DNA from: the human T2T-CHM13v2.0 reference genome, Homo sapiens
Assembly: GCF_009914755.1 (NCBI RefSeq)
Contig: NC_060925.1
Direction: 5' to 3' (one strand)
Length of the DNA: 64,000 nucleotides
Positions within the stretch are counted from its first letter, which is position 1. Each line of letters opens with the position of its first letter. Under the pieces are notes generated by a model. It made no database searches. It saw only the letters and a list, made by a program, of their open reading frames with translations, and was not told the DNA's origin. The translations under genes were made by a program, and so were the position numbers. Shown piece by piece: positions 56,230-64,000 of the stretch.

Positions 56230-56750
56230 CTCAGATACAGCTTGACAGCTTACCACAATAAATGTTAGAAAGTGCTCTAAGAGCAAAAGAAGAGAGTAAC
56301 TTACATCCTGAGGAAGTTGGGAAAGATCTGCAGAAGGAGTGACATTTGAACTGTCTTAAAGATGATGATTGATTTCTCCAAGAGTAAAGATTATTCCTAG
56401 CAGAGAAAAACACTTGCAAAAGCACGGAAGAATGCAAAGGCATCATGGGTGTGTGTTGGGCAGGAAGAAGTTGACCATATATGTAGGGTAGGCCATGAGG
56501 AAACCAATTAGAAAGCAATTTAACATGTCAAAGCGAGAGAAGAAGACAACGTCCAACATTCCAGCATTGTTAAAAAAGGAGGAGCCACATTTAAAAATCG
56601 GACTTATTTGTGACATTGAAAGTGGGAAATGATAGAAAATATAGAGTAGATGATGCTTCCAAAGGTTTAGTGTAGGAGATAGAAAAGTGTTGATTCATTA
56701 GCTAGAAGGTGGAAGTAACTTAAGGTCAGTTTTGGGGAAGAAAATAATGA
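56230..56750 (-). mobile_element. L2 LINE fragment
   Basis: GAAGGAGTGACATTTGAACTG...ATTCCTAGCAGAGAAAAACACTTGCAAAAGCACGGA. Confidence 0.65.
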
Positions 56751-58299
56751 CAATATATGTTAAACATTGTTACAAGTTTAAAGTACAGTGAAAACAACAG
56801 TGGCTAAGAGTCTGTACAGAGGGAAAAACTTACTGAGGAAAACAGTTTTATGAGACTTACTTGAAATGCAAACTTGTAACAAGAAAAAAAAGCCTTTTGT
56901 CTGATACTCTGATATTGAGATTGTATGATTATATGTATTCACTATACTTCTTTTTAAAGTGGAAAATTTCTCTAAAATGCTAAGATGCCCTTTAACTACT
57001 TACTATCCTCTACCCAATTCTGTCTATTGTAATTTTTTACCAAACAGCCCATCAATACTCATGATAACTCAGAGGCAAGCAGAAAAAAAATATTTATTAT
57101 ACTAAATATGTTTCCTATACTATGATTGGGGAAAATATATTTTTAAAATATAAATAAAATGCTTAACCTAAGAAGGTTAAGTGACTACTATACATTATCT
57201 AATATATTTACTTATTTCCAAGTGCCAATCTTTTCCCCTGCTTCAAAACCATATGCTCTCAACTGCAATACACACGTATATACATACACATGTACAATAT
57301 ATATAAACTCATTTAATGATTGCTTTTCTACTATCCTTAAAGACTGAGTAGGTGGTGCAGGTGAATGACGAAATTATGTTACTTTTCTGCTTCAGGTTAG
57401 ATTTGGCTCTTGGTTCAGAGACAGTCTAGGAAAATAGTTGTCACTAGTTAATGAGAAATAAGGCACATTTTGTCTCCATCGATGTTCATTTCTGTAGCTT
57501 GTTTTGTTCTCCATATATCTAGAAAATGTGAAATAAAAAAAGGATTTGTCCTGAATGCATTCATATGTTAATCTCACTATAATTGCCGGAGGTGGATTGA
57601 GTTCCAAATGGGTTCAAGAAAGAATGTGAAACACTGAATTTAAATTGCTAAGGAATTATTTGGTGTGTGGCATTCTATGTCAGTAAGATATGTAAATATT
57701 CTTGATCTAAGGCTTAGTGCAAAATTTCAAGCCCACTCAATGGAAGTGCTACCATTACCAAGAGACATTTCCATTTGAAAAGATTTTGTTTTCCACTGTC
57801 ACTAATGGAAAACAAAAATAAATATTTTTTCCCATTTATCATGCTATTATAAAAATACACTTCCCTAAAAATACACAACCAAATAAAAGATAACATAGTA
57901 AAATGCTGTAAATTCCATTAGTCTTCAACATGTAAAGATGTACCCTTTATTTAATCATTTACATGGTTCTCTTATAATGGATCCACCTGCTCAAAAACCA
58001 TGGCCAGTAGTAAACTTCCAAAAATATCTGGATTGTTTATACGCTGTGCTGGAACTCTACCTGAGAATTAACCTAATTATCAAAATGAGACAGTTCCTAT
58101 AACTAAAATTGCAAAGCTATGGCATTGGCAGATGATCTTGTTCAAGATATGAGAAGGGAATTCCCAGAAATGATGTTTAAAGGCAGTGAATGGTGAAAAA
58201 ATAGTTTCCTATTTGTAGTCCATTGAGTTAAATCAACAAACTAATATTATAAGCATAAATCAAAGGCATAACAAATAAAGATACAGACTTAAAACACTT

Positions 58300-58930
58300 T
58301 ACACTTTGCTTCACTAAACTGACAAAGATTGAAAATAAACCTACCATCTGTTGGCACTGGTGCAAGAAAATTGACATTCATATACAATACTTTGGGGAGT
58401 ATACATTGGTAAAAATAATTAAGCAATTTTGCAATACTTAATCAGGAAAGGTGTTCAAATCCTTTCAACCTAGTAAATGTACACAAGTTTATATTTTAGG
58501 TTGTTTACTAAGGCAATAATTATAATTTGGAAAAAATGATAATATAATTTCCTAGTATAGGAAAAAGATTGGCCAAATAAATTAGTAGACATATCACAAC
58601 AGAATATTTCAGTCTTCAAAAAATATGTTTCAAGGAATATTTAATGATATGAGAAAAATATTCACAGTATAATGCTAAATTAAAAAGCATAACACAAAAC
58701 AATGTATTAATTCTTAATAATATATTTGTGTGTTGATGTGTGTGTGTTTGTGTATGTATTTCTTAGTGGTGCAACCTTAAATGAATGACAGGAAATAATC
58801 TACTACATTAATAGTGCTTTATTTCCAGATCATAGTAATATTATGAATTTTATTTTCTTATTTGTACTTTTCTATAATTTCAAAATTCCTAATAATAAAC
58901 ATACATAATTTTTATATTCTGAAGAAAATA
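58300..58930 (+). mobile_element. L1ME-like 3' region
   Basis: TGTTGGCACTGGTGCAAGAAAATTGACATTCATATAC...CCTTTCAACCTAGTAA...ATATTTAATGATATGAGAAAAATATTCACA. Confidence 0.6.
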
Positions 58931-59810
58931 AATAGTAATTTAAATAACAAAATTCTGATTGAGTAGAATTATGTGTCCAAAATATCTAAATAGTTCTTTC
59001 AGTACTCTTATTTTTTGCCTCTGTGCCAGTGTACAAATACTCATTAGTAAAGTATCACCCAAATATATTTCACATGATCTAGTAGCTAATAGTGTATTTT
59101 CTAGGGTAATGTAACTTCTATTTTTATCCTCTCTCAAAAGCTCTTCAATTTACATCCATGATGAATTTAGGATATCCATGTTAACATAAAGTGCTCTCTC
59201 TTTTCCACTATATCTCATTCTGCTTCATCTGAATGGGATACACCCATTCATTTTCACAGGATGTCCATCATATCCATTTTTCAAGACATTTTTGAAATCT
59301 TTACTTGATCCTTTGGGTCAAGTTTTTAGGCTCCAGTAGTTTATTATAATCACTATGTGCATGGCTCAAAAACACTGGGAATTATTTCTTCTGGAGTTTT
59401 ACTTCTGAAAATGAGTGGGCACCTTATTGGTTTTGTTCTCTCTGTGGAATCACATGTTTTTTAGAGTATCTAATTTTGTAATCTTATTGAACATTTTTTT
59501 ACCTGTATCTGAAAATATAGTTTTAAATCCTCTTCAACAGATTGATGAATCTAATTCCAAACAAAATTTATACATTTGCTTTGTTTATTTATTCATTTAT
59601 CTGTACAAAACAGAATTTTACCGAGAACGTATTGTATGTCTGCCATGCAATGTCTGCCATCTATTAGGAGTACAAATAAAAGACAGTCTGTGGTCTAATA
59701 AACAGCTCATGCTACCTCTAGAGATTGACAAGAAAACAATGGTAATAAGTCTATGCCAGAGTTGGGCCCTAGGTTCTATAGATGTCAGAGAAGAAGCTGA
59801 AGACAGGTGT

Positions 59811-60227
59811 CGTATTAATTTTCTAGAGCTGCCATAACAAATACCACAAACTGGATGGCTTAAACAACAGAAATTCATTATCTCACAGTTCTGGAGCCTG
59901 GAAGCCCCAAATCAAGGCAAATCACTGTTGGCTACTTTTGAGGGCTGTGAGAAAAGGATGTGTGGTTCTGGGACTCTTTCCTTGGCTTCTAGATAGCCAT
60001 TTTCTCCTTGTGCCTATTCCCATCATCTTCCTTCTGTGGACCTCTGTCTTTTCACAAGGCCTACTTTTTAGAAGGACATCAATCACATTGGAGCATACTC
60101 CAGTATGACTTCATCTTAACCAATTACATCTGCAACAACCCCTTTCCAAATAAGGTCACACTCTGAGGTAGTGACGTTTAGGACTCAAAAAATGAATGTT
60201 GGGAGGAACAGCATTCAACCTATAACA
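59811..60227 (-). mobile_element. MaLR solo LTR (MLT1B/C-like) within an L2 fragment
   Basis: GCTGCCATAACAAATACCACAAACTGG...TTCCAAATAAGGTCACACTCTGAGGT...ATTCAACCTATAACA. Confidence 0.88.
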
Positions 60228-62808
60228 GGGATTGGAGGGAAATTTTTCTACGAAGTTAATCCTTGAGTTTACTTGAAAATGATAAGGAAAGTAACTCAGG
60301 AAAGATGAACATGCAGACAGTTCAGGAGAAGAAACAGGAAAACACAAATGTGCAAAGGCATGGGACATAAGGTGCCTGTATGGGTGTGGTCCCAGAGGAG
60401 ACTGATGTCATGCCAGAGGCTTGTATGTCCAGCTCAGCAGTATGTAATTATAGTGAAGATAGCAGAGAGCCAGTGAAGAATTGTATACATATTCAGAGTG
60501 GAATTTTAGAAACAACTACGCTGGTAGCACTGTGGTTTCTTTTGATTAAATTCTGTCCACCAGCAGGACCCCATTATCTGAGCATACTTTTTTCATTCTA
60601 TTCTCTTAATTCATTCAAATCTTGTTGCCTTTCATCATTTTCTAAATAATTTAATTCAGTAACAATTACATTTCATTTCAGGAAGAAATGAATAAATTTC
60701 ATTTATGGCACTTATTACAACATGAATCAGGATAAGTATTTAAATATTCAGGATATTGTAAATTGTTTTTTGAAATTGTACTTTGATCCCATATCATAGA
60801 CTAACAGTAAAAAAAAAATTCAAAATGGTAACAAAATCATTCCGTTTTTAAATGAGCTTCTGATTCTTCCATTTCAAGCATTCATGAACCTTTCATTTAA
60901 CAATTGTTAAATCTGTGAATGCATTCACACATGCCTTTAACTTCCTTGCAGAAGGACTCTTGAATTAATTCTTTTATTTTAACTCTTCTTTCACCCTGAG
61001 GGGGACATTAAGCAGGCTTGTATGTTTCATGAATCTCTTAAAAATCTTTCTGATTATAAAGTAACTGCCTAAATTTATACCCAAAGCAACTTAGTTTATT
61101 AAAAGATTATCACAACAAAACCCTGGTTATTTAGTTGAGTCTCAGAATTGTAGCATTTGTTCTAAGTATCCCGAAGGCACAAGTACAGCCATCATCAGCA
61201 TTAATTACAATACTAATAAACTTAGAAGATATCAGAAGTTATCTATAGTTATGATTGAAGAATGAGTATAAAACAGCATGAAATAACATTTTAAAATGCT
61301 TTCTCTACATTGTTTACATCAGACAGAAAAGATGGGTCTCTTATCATGTGTTGTGAAGGGCACCAAATTAACATTGCGTCTCATCACAAAAGGCAAGGAA
61401 TCTCTGAGATGAGACAACTACATAGAAAATGATTTCCTACTAGTCCTTACTAAAGCTCCTACTCAAATCTCTGGAAGAAGCTGTGGAGTAAAATGCTTCA
61501 CATAAAGTGGAAATTTTAACAAAATAAATTTTGACCATCAGTATACTCAAAGTTTTATTAAATAAAGTATTTGATTAAAACACATTTAAAAGTACTAAAC
61601 ACACCTCTGGCTTCTCAATAGACCATGCCAAATCATTGATCTTTGTCTTGATAACTGACTCATCATTAAGAACATAAATCTTGTACTACAGTATGAAAAT
61701 TTCTCAGGAGATCTTAAGGTGTAAGAACATCATCTGAGTAATATATTCAAGGATCAGGTAAGTGATTAGACTGAGGGTCCTTCCAAACTTGAGAGTCTGT
61801 CAATAAAATAGCCTCTATCTGACTACTTCTGCTCTGCTCTTTTATTCTGTGTCTTTTTATTCTTTTATTCTGGGTCAAGCCTTCAGATATTATTCCAGAA
61901 ACTAATTATTTTAGGTTATTACCTTATGAAAGTTAGATCTTTGAGAGTATCCTAATGCTTAGAAATGTGTTTCTTCATGATGCTCTTGGGTCAGTTTCAC
62001 AACTTGCCTGGAAGCCAAACTCTTCAAGAAACATAGGTGGAATAGTTTATTACTGAATTAGAACTTGTCTCTGAACTTTGGCTAATTTTAACCTAATGTT
62101 GTAATTTTCTTTCTACTGTCCTTACATGTATGTTTGCATATTTAAATAAGTTAGCAGACAAAAATGTCAAGACAGAATGTGTGGAAAGAGAAAAACAAAA
62201 GTACTATAGTATAGTTTTTCACCCAGGTGATATGATGAGGACAGATTTTGAGTGAGTTTGTATATGCCACTACTTAGTACAAACCTTCTCTCAAGGAATT
62301 GCTTCTAGCTTGATCCTATAATCCATAAGTTGATGTTCTTTAGTGTTACAATGACTATAATAATGGTGAAGAGTAGAAGACAGACCAGGAAAGCAGCATT
62401 ATTTATAAATATGGAACAGAAGATTTTTAAAAAGAAGACAAATTTAAGCTTCAATAAGTGCTCCAAACTCAAATTCTGTGGATTTTGTTTAACAATGCAC
62501 ACTATGACTAGAAAACAATGACCTAAATAAATTAAAGAGTGAGACGGAATATTCTATCAACCAAAAAGTTCCAATTCTCAGGTTTCTGTAACATCAGCTA
62601 CTGTGATGTTTTAAGATTTACAAATTATAATTACAAACAAAAATCATTCAACATTATATTTTAAAAATATAAGTTTTACCATAGATTGGTAGGGTTGACA
62701 TAGATGAAGAAAATAGATGAAAGATATTCAGTTTTGGGAGTAGTGTAAGCTAGAGCATAGAATAGGGAAAGTGTCTTCAGGGAAGTAGAAGGTAGAAAAC
62801 TGAAAAGT

Positions 62809-63168
<360 letters not shown>

Positions 63169-63222
63169 CTAAAGAATCTTGTAGAGCACCCTTTCATAAA
63201 GTGGGTAATTCAGAATACTAAT

Positions 63223-63507
63223 GAGGAAAGGTTGGTTAATGGGTAAAAAAATACAGTTAAGAGCAAAGGAGCAAGTTCTAGTGTTCAGTAGCACAGCAAG
63301 GAAACTCTTATTTAGCAATAATGTATATTTTGAAATATTTAAAAGATTTAGAATGTTACTAACACAAAGAAATGATAAATGTTTGAGGTTATACATATCC
63401 CAATTACTCTGATTTGATTGTCACACATTGTACACTTGTATTAGAATATTGCCTGTACCCCATAAATATGTACAACCATATGTATAATTAAATTTTTAAT
63501 TAAAAAG
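63223..63507 (+). mobile_element. L1MA-type 3' end
   Basis: GTTGGTTAATGGGT...CACAAAGAAATGATAAATGTTTGAGG...TGTACCCCATAAATATGTACAAC. Confidence 0.88.
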
Positions 63508-63570
63508 GTATCTAGAAAACATTGGTTTGAACAAAGATAAATGTAGTTTTTTAATTTATCACAAGACCTC

Positions 63571-63959
63571 TGCCTTAGTTCATTTGTGCTGCTATAATGA
63601 AATACTGAGTAATTTATAAGCTGTGGAAATTTATTTCTCACAATTCTGGAGGCTAGGAGTCCAAGATCAAGGTGCCAGCAAGTTCAGAGTCTGTTGAGGG
63701 CCCAGTCTCCCCTTCCAAGATGATGTCTTATTGCTGCATCCACTGAATGGAATTGTTGCTGTGTCTTCACATGGCAAAGGAACAGAAGAACAGAGCCTAA
63801 ACTGGTTTCCTTTAGCCCTTTTGTAAGGCATTAATCCATTCATGAGGGCGGGGTCTTCATGACTTAGTCACTTCTCAGAAGGCCCCACCTCTTGATATCA
63901 CCACATGGGGATTAAGTTTTAACATGAATTTTGAAGGGGACATAAGTCAAACCATAGCA
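63571..63959 (-). mobile_element. MaLR solo LTR (MSTC/MSTD-like)
   Basis: TGCCTTAGTTCATTTGTGCTGCTATAA...TCCAAGATCAAGGTGCCAGCA...CAAACCATAGCA. Confidence 0.88.
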
Positions 63960-64000
63960 ATTTCCATGAGTTCTTAATATGCTAATGCATATGGGATTAT

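Noticed and set aside
59415-59837. 140 aa ORF
   Set aside because: GTG start, runs across L2 and MLT1 sequence, AT-driven composition, no domain.

Overview
This is primate (human-like) non-coding genomic DNA. It is AT-rich and CpG-poor, with no CpG island, no credible protein-coding exon, and no rRNA, tRNA or CRISPR array. The listed ORFs are random, Alu-derived, microsatellite-derived or remnants of the MaLR internal ORF. Much of the window is interspersed repeat: nine Alus (all + strand), two complete MaLR proviruses (MSTB-like 7514-9948 +; THE1D-like 41854-44482 - with a perfect AGTAT TSD and a nested AluY), many solo LTRs, old L1M/L2/MIR fragments, Tigger2a and MER53 DNA transposons, and a ~480 bp (GAAA)n polypurine tract. 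The most interesting items are: (i) a ~97 bp tail-less, internally inverted L1PA insertion with a perfect 11 bp TSD at 11991-12109; (ii) a probable TE-built terminal exon of a + strand lncRNA (acceptor at 3601, antisense LTR49, L2-derived AATAAA at 4440); (iii) repeat-free motif clusters that look like enhancers; (iv) the polypurine tract and AT-rich palindromes. I see no convincing new multi-gene system. Repeat subfamily names come from recalled consensus sequences and need Dfam/RepeatMasker confirmation, and boundaries of old elements are approximate.
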